From Octopus vulgaris (lineage: Eukaryota), in NCBI GenBank assembly GCA_951406725.2, contig OX597828.1, positions 35,588,001 through 35,652,000 of the forward strand: DNA of 64,000 nucleotides, in the 5' to 3' direction. How positions within the stretch are numbered: the first letter of the stretch is position 1; each line of letters starts with the position of its first letter. The notes under the pieces are model-generated. The model ran no database searches. It saw only the letters and a program-made list of their open reading frames with translations, and was not told the DNA's origin. Made by a program: the position numbers and the translations under genes. Positions 1 through 11,748 of this stretch are shown here, piece after piece.

Positions 1-210
1 TGTTCCTGTAGTATAAAGGATTATTCTTGTTGTTGTTTGTGGTGGTGGTTGTAGTGATGACAATTTTCATAGAGATGGTAAATGTAGTAGCAATATTTTA
101 GATATTGCCTACGTCATACAGCAATACATATTTGAGAGATGAGGAATTATATAACATTATTTACATTATTTACATTTGACGGATATTTGTCCTCATCTTG
201 TTTGTTGTTA

Positions 211-254
211 ATACAACATTTCGGCTGATGTACCCTCTAACCTTCATCAGGTGT
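211..254 (-). ncRNA. Minimal type-I hammerhead motif (CpG-decayed)
   Basis: Reverse complement: ACAC CUGAUGA AGGUUAGAGGGUACAUCAGCC GAAA UG UU GUAU. Confidence 0.55.
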
Positions 255-294
255 CTTGGCAAAATTTTGAACCTGTATTTTTCGATGCTATTAT

Positions 295-321
295 TATTAT
301 TTATTATTATCATTATTATTA

Positions 322-374
<53 letters not shown>
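295..374. repeat. (TAT)n microsatellite
   Basis: Directly visible; source of the poly-I/poly-Y ORFs. Confidence 0.95.
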
Positions 375-375
<1 letters not shown>

Positions 376-1122
376 CGGTCACTGTCTGGAATCGAACTCG
401 GAATCTTGGGGCATATGGCATAGTGATTATCTGCCGAAACATTGTGTTAACAACAGACAAGATGAGGACAAATATTCTTCAAATGTAAATAATGTAAATT
501 ATGTAAATAATTGCTTAGTTCCACTCCAACTCCAGTCTGTCAGATTGTTAATCAAAACATTTCAGATGTGAGTATTTCATCCATTTTCTTTTTTCAGGCA
601 CAGCACATCTCAGACTACATATGTAGAATATTTGAACTAGATATGGTCGTTTTAAATGCTAAAGGGGTATATATTTATTTGTTGTTTTTTTTGTCCGACA
701 TAACATACCTAGTATTACAACATCCATCTTGTTCTTTATAGATGGCTAAATGATTAAGAATTTTACTCCCTAACCATTTAGTTTTGGCTTCAGTCTTATC
801 ATGTGGCACCTTGGCAAGTATCTTCCACTACAGCCTGGGCTGACCAATGCCTTCTGAGTGGATTTGTTAGATGAAAACTTAAGGAAGCTTGCTGTATACA
901 AAATATTTCTTTGTTTTGTTTCATTTCTGTACATCTTAAAATCAATTCCTACCAAAAACTCGACTCTACTTTTCTTCCTTGAAAAACTAATAAAATTAAT
1001 TCCAGTTCTATCCTAAGATTAGTTCCATGAATTTTACATTCATCTATGGTCAATATTTTGTCTTGGCACAAGCCAAAATATATTGATGTCGTATTTATAC
1101 TTGTCCATTTTATCTTTTCCAG

Positions 1123-1419
1123 ATTCTCCAGACGTGCAAGTGGTGACACCACCAAATGCCACTGAGGGAACTCAAGTAAATTTGACGTGCGTCGCTGATG
1201 GAGAACCTAATAGATATACATACAGGTGGCAGCACAAGTGGGGTGAAATTATCCTACAAGAGTTCGACAACGTTGAGACAAGCTCAGAACCAGCTGTGTT
1301 AACTTTAGAAAATGTAACATTTGAAGATGGCGGCACTTATAGATGCTTAGTTGAAAATGGTATTCCAGATAGAAATGGCAATATTATGAAATCAGGTTCA
1401 GCTGAATTTATCATACAAG
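1123..1419 (+). CDS. Internal exon of Ig-superfamily membrane protein: canonical Ig domain (I/C2-set)
   Basis: Acceptor ttttccag at 1115-1122, donor gtact at 1420, 297 nt, phase 1-1. Translation SPDVQVVTPPNATEGTQVNLTCVADGEPNRYTYRW...LTLENVTFEDGGTYRCLVENG has the C...W...DxGxYxC Ig signature. Upstream exons lie outside the window. Confidence 0.93.
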
Positions 1420-2941
1420 GTACTAAATAGTTTGACTTACTTGTTTCCTTGTTTTCTTTCTTTTATTTTAGTTTTTTTCTTTATGTTGACCAAGTTGATA
1501 GAGTTATTTTAACAACACTACAAGCACCCAGGCAATACATTTGGGGTCCTGTCATACCCAATAATAGCAGTCATAACTTAACATTTGACCTTTAGGTTTG
1601 TGAGATCACTGGCCAACTTCCCAACATGCATATAGCAGACAATTAGCCAAGAGATGGTCGGTTCATATCATATTCTCAGTAGTGCATTATGCCCATAGCC
1701 AGAACACTAAATTCCCTTTTCTTCTATGTAGCATAAAATTTATTCCACTGTTTGGACATTTTGTATCAACAATTACCGATTCTGATCACCCCTAATATTC
1801 TTGTATTCTATGGTTTTACTACTTAACTCTCAGTTAGTTCAATCCAATCCATTTACTATAAGGGTTTGAAACAAGCTGTTTCAATCTATTTACAGATAGT
1901 GGACTGGACCATATAATGATCACTCTCAGCTTTGTCTGTCTCACCTCTCTGGCCCTTGGCAGACCCAGCCAAGTTAGGCAGTTGATCTCACGTAATTCAA
2001 TCTACTCATGTGGTCAGGCATGTTTCTTGGGTCCACTATCCACCATGTCAATGCATGTTGAAAAAGAGGTCAGCATAAGTCCTCTAAAAGGATATCCACC
2101 TAAACCCAAATGAAGAATTCTCTTTCTCTTCTGGCAAACAATCTCTCTTGTTCTTTCCCCTCTCTTTCCCTCTCTACATTCCTTAACTAAATTCTTTTTT
2201 CAAATCTTCCTTACTTGAACTTCATTTCTTCTGCTTCTTAAACAGAAACACAGACTCTCTTTCTCTCTCTCTCTCTCACTCTCTCTCTCTCATTTCCAGC
2301 CAGTAACACTAACAACAGGAGTTCAAACTGGGCCATAATTTTAGCTTGGTCAAATAGTCCCTAATCCCCAATCCCAGTCCTTAAAGAACTGGATTATTTA
2401 CAGATCCTATCCTTCACCTTACTGAAACTAAATATAAAAATTAAATACCAGTTGATTTTATATGCACTTGTATTTTATATGAATGTGATATCCTCCATAA
2501 CCATTAATTTCTATGTATGGTCATTATAAACCTCACAATTCCAATATATTTTCCTCATGTTGGATTTCAGAATGTTTGAAATGTATGTTGTTACTACTTT
2601 TAAGCAAATCATTAGGTTTCTCATAAATGCTGAATCTTCTACTTGCATTGGTTTTGTTTTGTTCTTTTTTAATATTTTGTTTTGTTCACCATTTTTTCAA
2701 TAAAATTTAAAGGTGTATTCCATATTACTTTTGCTTTAATTCACTACAATTTTTTTATATGTTCCTGTATTTAATCCAGTATTTCCAATATTTTGGCATA
2801 TTTTTCCAGTATTTAATTTATAGATAGAGAGTCTGAATTATTCGTATTTATTATATTTGACTACAAAACAGTTGATAATAGTCTAAATACTAATCCATTT
2901 CTTCTACTTTTTCTTTTTTTATCTTTATTACTCACTTTCAG

Positions 2942-3271
2942 CTACACCCGTTTTCGAGATAGATGCCATATCGAATGTTTCTATTGAATATGGTGGCAAT
3001 CTGAGTATATCTGTTAGCTTTTATTCATTCCCAGTCTATAGCGAAATGACCTGGTCTTTCGATGACACGATAACATCTGAGCCAGACATTAGTACAGAAA
3101 TACAACCGACAATAGTCTTACTCTCAACATATGGCAGAGAAGTGACAGCCGAGGGACATGCTGTCATATTCACAATAACTGACCTGAGAGAAACTGAAAT
3201 CCGTACACTTAATTTGAATATTAGCAACTCAGTTGGAACCGGTAGTCATCAAATCACAATAATTCCTGCAG
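2942..3271 (+). CDS. Internal exon: Ig-like domain lacking the canonical cysteines
   Basis: Long polypyrimidine tract plus cag at 2939-2941, donor gtaaaa at 3272, 330 nt, phase 1-1, open in frame with the previous exon. ATPVFE...GGNLSISVSFYSFPVYSEMTWSF...FTITDLRETEIRTLNLNISNSVG matches an Ig beta-sandwich pattern (S.P...W, N..G). Confidence 0.88.
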
Positions 3272-3319
3272 GTAAAATAAATATTTGGTGTTTCTTATTA
3301 ATTCTTGTTAAAGTTTTAA

Positions 3320-3510
3320 CCCTTTAGTGTTTCAACAGGTCGTATCCAGCCCAAATATTCTACCTGTTTTATGTTCAAACCCATCAGACTTGACCTCTCA
3401 TAAATACACCACAATGTCATTCTAAGAATAATCACATCATGAAAATCTTGATTATAGGATAAGGCATGATTAATTCAAAACGAATTGTTTGAGTGAGTAA
3501 TTTGAAGGTT
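3320..3510. mobile_element. TTAA-type (piggyBac-like) MITE, truncated; same family as 45165-45368
   Basis: ttaa|ccctttag terminus; internal similarity to 45165-45368 (cagg.cgtatc...cccaaatattc.acctgt.ttatgttcaaac). Confidence 0.55.
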
Positions 3511-3590
3511 AGAGGGTCAGCAAGAAATAACAACTACCTTCCTTCTTTTCTTCTTCTGTGACTTCTATATGTACAGGAAAATATATGTAA

Positions 3591-3975
3591 TGGAGGCGCA
3601 ATGGCCCAGTGGTTAGGGCAGCGGAATCGCGGTCATAGGATCGCAGTTTCGATTCCCAGACCGGGCATTGTGAGTGTTTATTGAGCGAAAACACCTAAAG
3701 CTCCACGAGGCTCCGGCAGGGGATGGTGGTGATCCCTGCTGTACTCTTTCACCACAACTTTCTCTCACTCTTACTTCCTGTTTCTGTTGTACCTGTATTT
3801 CAAAGGGCCGGCCTTGTCACTCTCTGTGTCACGCTGAATATCCCCGAGAACTACGTTAAGGTTACACGTGTCTGTGGAGTGCTCAGCCACTTAAACGTTA
3901 ATTTCACGAGCAGGCTGTTCCGTTGATTCGGATCAACCAGAACCCTCATCGTCATAACCGACGGAGTGCTTCCAG
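3591..3975 (+). mobile_element. tRNA-derived SINE, family B, full length
   Basis: A box tggcccagtgg, B box gtttcgattcc, 9-bp TSD tatatgtaa (3582-3590 / 3976-3984). Homologous copies at 61606, 45473 and 33021. Confidence 0.88.
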
Positions 3976-4291
3976 TATATGTAACACTCAAAACTTCATA
4001 TGGATTTGTATTTATACTAATATAAAATTATTTTATATTTAAACTTTTATAAAACTCATCGATATTAATCTTTACACAGAATTAATTAAACATGGGTTCT
4101 TCTGTAGAACTAATTAAATATATATTATGTATACGAGGTCACAAATTTCAAAAACTTTCTCTCTAACTACATTCAAATTCATATATTTTCATATAAATTA
4201 GTGAACAAGTAAACAACAAATAAAAACGAAAATACATATCAAGGTCGTAATTAATCATTATCGCAAGATGTTCCATAATTTTTATTCTGTA

Positions 4292-4564
4292 CTAGCAGTA
4301 TCGCCCGGCGTTGCTCAGGTTTGTAAGGGAAATAACTATAAAGCATTTTTAGAGAGTTATAGCCAAAAAATAGCAAAAAAATGGGGAAAAAAAGATGGTA
4401 AATTTTTTTGAAAGTTAAAAAAGGTGGAGTTGCGTCCCCTAGACGGTCTGTGGTTTGGGTTTATGATTCTCGAGAATCGGTTGAAAGCCGTGGTCAGAGT
4501 GAGGGTACGAGAAAACAGACACACAGAAAACGCACAGACAAACTGCCGTTTATATAGAGAGAGA
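4292..4564 (-). mobile_element. Non-autonomous Helitron
   Basis: Reverse strand A|TC start, subterminal hairpin c.tgagcaacgccggg and CTAG|T end; 3' end shared with 27119-28294 and 51137-51436. Confidence 0.8.
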
Positions 4565-5074
4565 TTTCTTAAAACTCTGTATTGCTTAGTGAAAATACCT
4601 GGATATATATTAATATATATGAGGCAAAGAGTGATTACGTCCCCAAACAATAGATTCATTTGGTCAACTATATACATCAGCAGGTGGGAAATAAAAAAAA
4701 ATTAATGCATCATATGTATGTGTGTATATATGTATACATTATTTTAGCTTTCATATAATGCCACCCCACAGGGTGGGTGGGGTGGCCAGCATTCCCACTG
4801 AACAGATTGCCAGTCCATTGCAAGATCACCCATTTACAGTTGCATGCACTGGAGAACGCAATGCCCAAGAACACAATGCCAGTCTGGGAATCAAACCATG
4901 CTCTCACAGTCATGAGTGTAACACCCTAAAATATATCAACCTTGATATGTATTTTCGTTTTTATTTGTTGTTTACTTGTTCACTAATTTAAATGACAATA
5001 TATGAATTTGAATATAGTTAGAGAGAAATTTTTTGAAATTTGTGTCCTAAGTTCCTACTCAACTGTTTCTTCTA

Positions 5075-5437
5075 ATTCCATCTTTAACTGACCCTGAAAA
5101 TGTAACCTCTCTTCCCACTTTAAACAGATCTTTGAAATGGGGTCTAAAGGCCATCATTGAAATGGGGCCTAAAGGTTCATCATTAAACTACTATTTATGA
5201 TTGTTAAGTACATTTTTAAATGACCCTTAAAAAGTAGCTTCTAAGTAAATTTTTAACTAACCCTTGAAACTGTCACCTCTAAATCCATCTTTAACTGATC
5301 TTTGTCATCTTTAAATGACCCTCAAAATGTAGATTGTAGCTTTAGCTTTTAACTGCTCCTGTTCTTTGTTAACTAAACCTCTTAGGTCATCTGTAACTGA
5401 TCTTTGAATAATAACTCCCAGGGTCATCTTTAACTGT
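5075..5437. repeat. Degenerate ~35-40 bp minisatellite (catctttaactgacccttgaaa... units)
   Basis: About 10 recognisable catctttaa(c/a)tga units ending just upstream of the FN3 exon acceptor. Confidence 0.7.
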
Positions 5438-5458
5438 ATTTTTGGTTTTAATTGGTAG

Positions 5459-5764
5459 GTCCACCATTAGAACCAATGGATTTCACAGTTGTAAATATAA
5501 CTCATACAAGCATCACAGTAAAATGGACTCCAGCATTTAATGGAGGTTATGAACAGCTGTTTTATTTGTCCCACCGACCTATTTCATACGATGGTGAATG
5601 GATAGAAACAATCCACGCAGACCAAGGAAATGGCAATGATATCTTCGTAACTATCAATAACCTGAAACGTGGCGCTAAATACGCTTTCTCGTTGCACACT
5701 GAAAACACACGCCCTGGCGAACGCAACAGAAGTCAAACTCTTAAGTTTACTACCAAAACTGAAG
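5459..5764 (+). CDS. Internal exon: fibronectin type III domain
   Basis: Acceptor tag at 5456-5458, donor gtcagc at 5765, 306 nt, phase 1-1. GPPLEPMDFTVVNITHTSITVKWTPAFNGGYEQLFYL...INNLKRGAKYAFSLHTEN is an FN3 pattern; the F(D/N)GGxxQxF motif is typical of nephrin/Sidestep-type FN3. Confidence 0.93.
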
Positions 5765-5939
5765 GTCAGCTTTTTTTTTTTTCTTCCTGTATTTGATAAA
5801 TAAAATTGTCTTTCAGCCATCTTACTTTCTAACTGTTTCCAGCTACTGCACTCTGGCCATGCTGGGGCACTGTCATCTCTGTGGTGTGTTTGTTTTCTTT
5901 ATGCTGTTTTGTTTCTCTTATATATTTTTACTTGTTTTA

Positions 5940-6127
5940 CTTATTTCAGTCATTGGACTGTGGCCATGCTGGAACATTACCCTAAAGGGTTTTAGTTGAA
6001 CGAATCAACCCTTGTACTTATTTCTTTTAAAGCCTGGCACTTATTCTATCAGTTTCTTTTTCTGAACCACTAACTTACAGGGACATAAACAAACCATCAC
6101 CAGTTGTCAAACAGTTGTGCAGGACAA

Positions 6128-6160
<33 letters not shown>

Positions 6161-6482
6161 TACACAGACATGTGTGGTATGGTTACTCATCGCAAATGTT
6201 TAATATAAAGGTACCTGGAATGAAAAAGAATTGCTGAAAACATATTAAGATGCTTAGATCAGAAACTTTGAAAATTAAAGGCGTCTATTTACTTCCTGCA
6301 TATCTGTGTATATATATATATGGTGGGCTTCCTTCAGTTTCCATCTGCTGAACCCATTCACAAGGCACCTGTCAGCCGAGGGCTATAATAAAAGATGCCT
6401 GCCCAAAGTGTCACACAATGGGACTGAACTCAGAACCATGTGATTGGGAATGAAACTTCTTACCACCCAACCACACCTGCAC
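5940..6482 (-). mobile_element. tRNA-derived SINE family A, diverged copy
   Basis: Similarity to 6545-6943 and 29251-29660 at both ends, with a central CA/TA microsatellite and insertion. Confidence 0.7.
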
Positions 6483-6544
6483 TATGTCATATGAACTTTA
6501 CTTTTCATTAATGCAGACCATTGACCATTTTACTTGGGCTCTCG

Positions 6545-6943
6545 TACTCTTTTACTCTTTTACTTGTTTCAGTCATTTGACTGCGGCCATGCTGGAGCAC
6601 CGCCTTTAATCGAGCAACTCGACCCCGGGACTTATTCTTTTGTAAGCCCAGTACTTATTCTATCGGCCTCTTTTGCCGAACCGCTAAGTAACGGGGACAT
6701 AAACACACCAGCATCGGTTGTCAAGCAATGCTAGGGGGACAAACACAGACATACAAACACACACACGCATATATATATATATACATATATACGACGGGCT
6801 TCTTTCAGTTTCCGTCTACCAAATCCACTCACAAGGCTTTGGTCGGCCCAAAGCTATAGTAGAAGACACTTGCCCAAGGTGCCACGCAGTAGGACTGAAC
6901 CCGGAACCATGTGGTTGGTAAACAAGCTACTTACCACACAGCC
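6545..6943 (-). mobile_element. tRNA-derived SINE family A (~400 bp), young copy
   Basis: Near-identical reverse complement of 29251-29660: head ggctgtgtggtaag...ggttcagtcc, central microsatellite, (gagtaaaa)n tail. Confidence 0.88.
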
Positions 6944-7020
6944 TCCATCATTTTTTAAAATAATATTTATGTTGTTGCCATTTTTATATTTATTGTTGTT
7001 TTTTTTTTATTTTTCTTCAG

Positions 7021-7167
7021 AAATCCAAACAGTGAGAATATCACCATCATCAATTACTACTGGAACAGCGTTAGGTTTTATAATCGGTGGAATGATAGCA
7101 GCTGCTTTAGTCATCACTGCCTGTTTCCTGATTGGCCGGATTGCATGCCGAGGATCAAATAGAAATG
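7021..7167 (+). CDS. Internal exon: transmembrane helix and start of cytoplasmic tail
   Basis: Acceptor ttttcttcag ending 7020, donor gtaaga at 7168, 147 nt, phase 1-1. EIQTVRISPSSITTGTALGFIIGGMIAAALVITACFLIGRIACRGSNRN has a ~22-aa hydrophobic stretch followed by basic residues. Confidence 0.9.
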
Positions 7168-7419
7168 GTAAGAAATTGAATATATTATAACTTTGATGAA
7201 TTATACACACATACACATACATATATATATATATAAAATGTATGTATAAGTTTGGTGATGCAGATAAGAAAATAGAAATCAAATCACAAGTATATATATA
7301 TATATATTAATTTACAAAGGTGTCATCAATTCTATTATTATCCAATGTAACAATTTTAAAAATGATAATAACAGAATCAATGACACAGGCGATAGCAGGC
7401 TAAAAAAATAGCATTAAAT

Positions 7420-7838
7420 AGCCGAGGGATTAAAATTAATCAAAGGACATACTAGGTATGTCAACCTGCTTGAAATAACAGTCAAAACTCTTATTATTAA
7501 ATCGCCAAAAATACACTGATGAAAACTACAGAAATCAAACAAAGACAAAATCAGATTAAGACAATCTACTAACATACATTTTAGTATCTGCACTCATGTG
7601 GACCGGTTTCTGCACTGGCAAAATAAGCCTTAGCTTCTTCAGCACGTGTTACCATGATTAGAGATTCCCAAACCATCGTTCTGAAGTCTGTGCTGCAACA
7701 GATTGTCTTAGCCTGATTTTGCTTTCGTTTGATTTCTGCTAGTTTTCATCAGTGTATTTTTGGCGATTTAATAAAAGTTTTGACTGTCATTTCAAGCAGG
7801 TAGACCTTTGTCCTTTCCTTAATTTTAATCCCTTGGCT
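7420..7838. mobile_element. Fold-back element with ~140-bp imperfect inverted arms
   Basis: 7420-7567 is the reverse complement of 7700-7838 (agccgagggattaaaattaa...aagacaatct / agattgtctt...ttaattttaatcccttggct). Confidence 0.8.
7595..7648 (-). ncRNA. Minimal type-I hammerhead ribozyme motif, intact core, GUC site
   Basis: Reverse complement: CACGUG CUGAAGA AGCUAAGGCUUAUUUUGCCAGUGCA GAAAC CG GUC CACAUG. Stem I GUG/CAC, stem III palindrome ACCGGU. Confidence 0.7.
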
Positions 7839-8384
7839 GTATATATATATATATATAGATATATATATATATATATGTCTTTTATTAGTAATCAACAGGT
7901 TGTACAGAGTGACTCTGAGAGTTTCATGCACCTGATGGGTGCCAACATAAAAGACTCTTATCCTTTGAGTCAACTTCTGCTGATTATATATATATATACA
8001 TACATATATATGTATGTATGTATGTATGTGTGTGTGTGTATATGTATATATTTATACATGTATATATATATGTGTGTGTGTATATATATATATATATGTA
8101 TGTATGTATATGTATGTATATGTTTGTATGCTTGTCTATATTACATATGCATTCTATTGTGTATATGTTTATGGAGAGGAAGTAAGCTGTAGGTTCAATT
8201 CTACTTTGAGATATTTTGTTTCGTGCCCCACCTCACACTTCCTTATATTTTTGGCTGTTGAAATAAAATACCAGGTATACACGTCCTTTTAGTCAGTGAA
8301 CGTTCCCACATCCAAAACCTATTCCTGTTTGAAGATGTCTAAGTACCTGTGTATGTATATCTTGCCCCTTTATCTTTCATTTCT

Positions 8385-8725
8385 TTCAGTTTTTTGACTG
8401 CCCTGAAGGATTGAATTGAAAAATCAAGCCCCAATACTTACTTTTAAGCCTGGTGCATATTCTGACAGTCGCTTTTTACTGAACTACTAGGTCACAAGGG
8501 CGCAAACAAACCAGCAGCACTGTTGCTAAGGGTTAATGGGGGACAAACATAAACACAAACACACACACACACACACACGCAATGAGCTTCAGTTTCCATC
8601 ATACGTCCTTGGTATCCCAGAGTCATAATGGAAGACAATTATCCATGGTGCCTCACAGTGGGACTGAACCCTAGATCACAAGGCTTGGAAGTAAGTTCCT
8701 CAACCACACAGCCAGTGCCTGCACC
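8385..8725 (-). mobile_element. SINE family A, old diverged copy
   Basis: Recognisable cacagtgggactgaacc, ggggacaaaca and aagcctggt segments. Confidence 0.6.
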
Positions 8726-9383
8726 TACAGAATGCAAAGTGTTTCTGACTTCACAGTTTGACGAGCAACAGCTCCACAAACTGATTTATACCAACTGGAC
8801 AAGCTTTCTCCAATCAATCAAAGAATTTGAAACTGCAATTTTCAAAAGACAGTATGACAAAATATTCTTGTAGCAATTTCAAAACCACAGTCACTTAGTG
8901 TTTCACTTGAATAAACTATTAAAAGCAATACCATATTGAGACTATCATTGGTCCAACCCATGCTAGCATGGAAAGCGGACGCTAAACGATGATGATGATG
9001 ATGATGATGATTGGTTTATGTTACTCTTTGCTTTTAAGGCTACACATACAACAACAATACACACATGCTCATATATGTATATATATATATGTATATATAT
9101 ATATGTATATATATATATATAATATTTTTTCCACAATGAGATAAAAGAAAAACCAAGGCTGTATAGATTTTAGAACATTTTATCTCATTATGGAAAAAAA
9201 AAATTTTAGATACACGCACTGATATATGACCCACATTGGACCCTTTATTCGCATAATCACTGAACCTGGAACTCAACTATGGTCTATCCATAGCACTTAT
9301 TCAGCATTACCTGACACCTTTGGCTTTTACTGACATCATTACTTCTCGTCACCTATATATATATATATATATATATATATTGA

Positions 9384-9610
9384 GGGCAGCGAGCTTGGCA
9401 GAATCGTTAGACCACCAGGCGAAATGCTTAGCGGTATTTCGTCTGCCGCTAAGTTCTGAGTTCAAATTCCGCTGAGGTCGACTTTGCCTTTCATCCTTTC
9501 AGGGTCGATTAAATAAGTACCAGTTTCGCACTGGGGTCGATACAATCGGCTTAATCCGTTTGTCTGTCCTTGTTTGTCCTCTCTGTGTTTAGCCCCTTGG
9601 TAAAGAAATA
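9384..9610 (+). mobile_element. tRNA-derived SINE family C (Deu/Nin-domain-like core)
   Basis: Head ggcagcgagcttggcagaatcgttag, B box gagttcaaattcc, core gactttgcctttcatcctttcagggtcgattaaataagtacc; many copies in the window. Confidence 0.8.
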
Positions 9611-9669
9611 TATATATATATTTATATAAATATATATATATATATATATATACATAATGTTATTTTAAG

Positions 9670-10004
9670 GATATCAATTCCTCCCCTCAAAAACAAAAAT
9701 ATTAGGTATTGAACCAGTATTCCCTTGGATGACACCATCCCTTCATGAGACTAACATGACTTCTGACTATACAAGGCTCCAGTCATATGAACAGGGGAAT
9801 ATAGCATTATGTCCCTACTCCTTTTCTAAGACCATTTCTTCCTTAAGCTATGAACACGAAGCTTACTTCCACTCTGTTGCATGTTTATATATATTTGAGT
9901 GTGTATATATTTATATATTGTTGCATTTGGATGCCTACAAAATGTACAAGTCCCTCAAAAAAAGATTATTTGTACTATTTCAATCATTTAAAAAAATATT
10001 TTAA
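9670..10004 (+). CDS. Probable cytoplasmic (terminal?) exon of the same gene
   Basis: ttattttaag acceptor ending 9669. The phase-1 frame required by the TM exon stays open for 111 codons (GYQFLPSKTKILGIEPVFPWMTPSLHETNMTSDYTRLQSYEQG...), while the other two frames stop early. The acceptor is weak and the 3' end uncertain. Confidence 0.45.
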
Positions 10005-10493
10005 ATACATACATACTCATGCATATGAGTGTGTCTTATTAAATATATATATGTTGTTTTATTGAACGCATTGTGTGAAGATATTTATTGTATGTGTCAA
10101 ATGTTATATTAATACTTGGTCTTATGCGCATGTTCATAGCACCCGTGTGTATATATATAAGTGTGTGTTTATCTGTGGGTATGTTTGTGTGTGTAAGTCT
10201 GTATGCATGCATACATGTGTTTTGTGGTGTCTCTCATCAGGTTTTTTTTTCTCTATGACAGTTCAGTTAACCAGTTCCACAGATTCTTTTTGTATGATTT
10301 CAAATCAAGCCTCTTCATACTCACATTTTATCTTTCTTTTTTAAACTAATTCCACGCGCCACCAGCAAAATAAAGAAATATTTTCTATTTCAGTAGACAT
10401 TTTTATTGTATATCCGAAAGTATAAGCATCATCAAGAATCTGTTTTATCACAGATTCCTCGATAATGAAAACCAATTTGGAAATAACTGTTAA

Positions 10494-10703
10494 CCCTTTT
10501 GATTTAATCCACTTGAGACAAATCCTGGTTCTATGATATAAAATCCATATTTCCAGAAGATTTAAATTAAGACCTTCCATTGAAACTTTGTGTTGGTTTA
10601 TATCCAAAGCACCAACTTAATAATGGTCAAGTTATTTTATTAAATTCTTCATTATTTTAAAATAAAGGTTATGTGTTTCAATAGAAATGCAGTGATAAAA
10701 GGG
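10494..10703. mobile_element. TTAA-flanked piggyBac-like MITE
   Basis: ttaa|ccctttt ... aaaaggg|ttaa termini. Confidence 0.65.
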
Positions 10704-10937
10704 TTAATTAACAAAAAAACCTTCTGGTCCTGTATTTGTGTATATTAAATTGTATCATATATTGGTGCATTGTAGATAACATGAGTGGTACGCCTAATGT
10801 ACAGCCCAGGGTAACATGACCACCTGGTTGGTTTGTCTTTCTGGGGATGGTGTGTGTAAGGAGGGGGGGCATAGTGGTGGATCTTTTGCAGAGTTTACTA
10901 TGTTGTAAGCATTCAAAATAGACCTCTAATACATTCC

Positions 10938-11252
10938 TACACACACACATACACATGCACATGCATGTACATGCATACATACACATGCACATACACACAC
11001 ATGCATATGCACACATATGCATGCACACACACACATGCACACATGCACATATACAGTGTCACAACACACATGCACATGCATGTACACGCACACATGTGCA
11101 CGTACTCACATACACACATATACACACATGTGTGCACACACACACACACACACATGCATGCTTGCACATACACACACACATGTATGCCTGCACATACACA
11201 CAGACATGCACACACACACGCACATACACAGTGTTACACACACACACATGCA
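10938..11252. repeat. Compound (CA)n/(CATG)-interspersed microsatellite
   Basis: Directly visible. Confidence 0.9.
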
Positions 11253-11748
11253 CCAACCCACATTTTTCTGCTGACACTGAACTGTTCTGACAAAGCATCG
11301 ACCACATTCCTCACATTAGTTCGAGAAAGTCTGCAATGACCAAGACCACCACTTATCCTCTTTGACTTTTGTGCCACTTACAGAATTTCTATTACTGCTT
11401 CTGTCCAAATCTGAGACTACAGATTCCCTTTTTGCCCATGTTTTCCTGGATTCCACATTTGTCTAAAAGATCCAGTCTAGCTGTCAACCATAACACCTCC
11501 ATCAGTTTATACAGGCCCCTAAAAAAACATGGGAACTGCATCTCCTTTTCTGGTTAATATCTAAACAAATGATTCCACATTCTTCAATGGTTCTTTTGTA
11601 AGATAACCAATGGTAATATTAAATATATACAGTAATCATAGAAATACAATGGTTGATTGGAAAACTATGATATCATTGTAAGTCTATAGACAGCCACATA
11701 ATAGATCGTTTCTTTTGAAACAATTTTTCTGAACACTATATGCCCACA

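Larger units (their letters stand above)
128..410 (-). mobile_element. tRNA-headed SINE-like element with hammerhead motif (5'-truncated copy)
   Basis: Reverse strand: B box gagttcgattcc (388-399), (AAT)n, then acacCTGATGAagg...gccGAAAtgttgtat and a tail matching 11950-12036. Confidence 0.7.

Noticed and set aside
511-567. Possible upstream exon ending at gtgagt (568)
   Set aside because: The phase-1 frame needed to join exon 1123 has a nearby stop, and there is no Ig signature.
3592-3665. tRNA genes at SINE heads (also 29253, 9384, 61607)
   Set aside because: A/B boxes run into shared SINE bodies, several with TSDs; no complete cloverleaf or oligo-T terminator.
7516-7545. CTGATGA...GAAA inside the inverted-repeat arms (also 7746 reverse)
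   Set aside because: No pairable stem II or stem I; treated as coincidental.
8757-8873. Possible terminal exon FDEQQLHKLIYTNW...
   Set aside because: Open only in phase 0; the phase-1 join from the TM exon gives an immediate stop.
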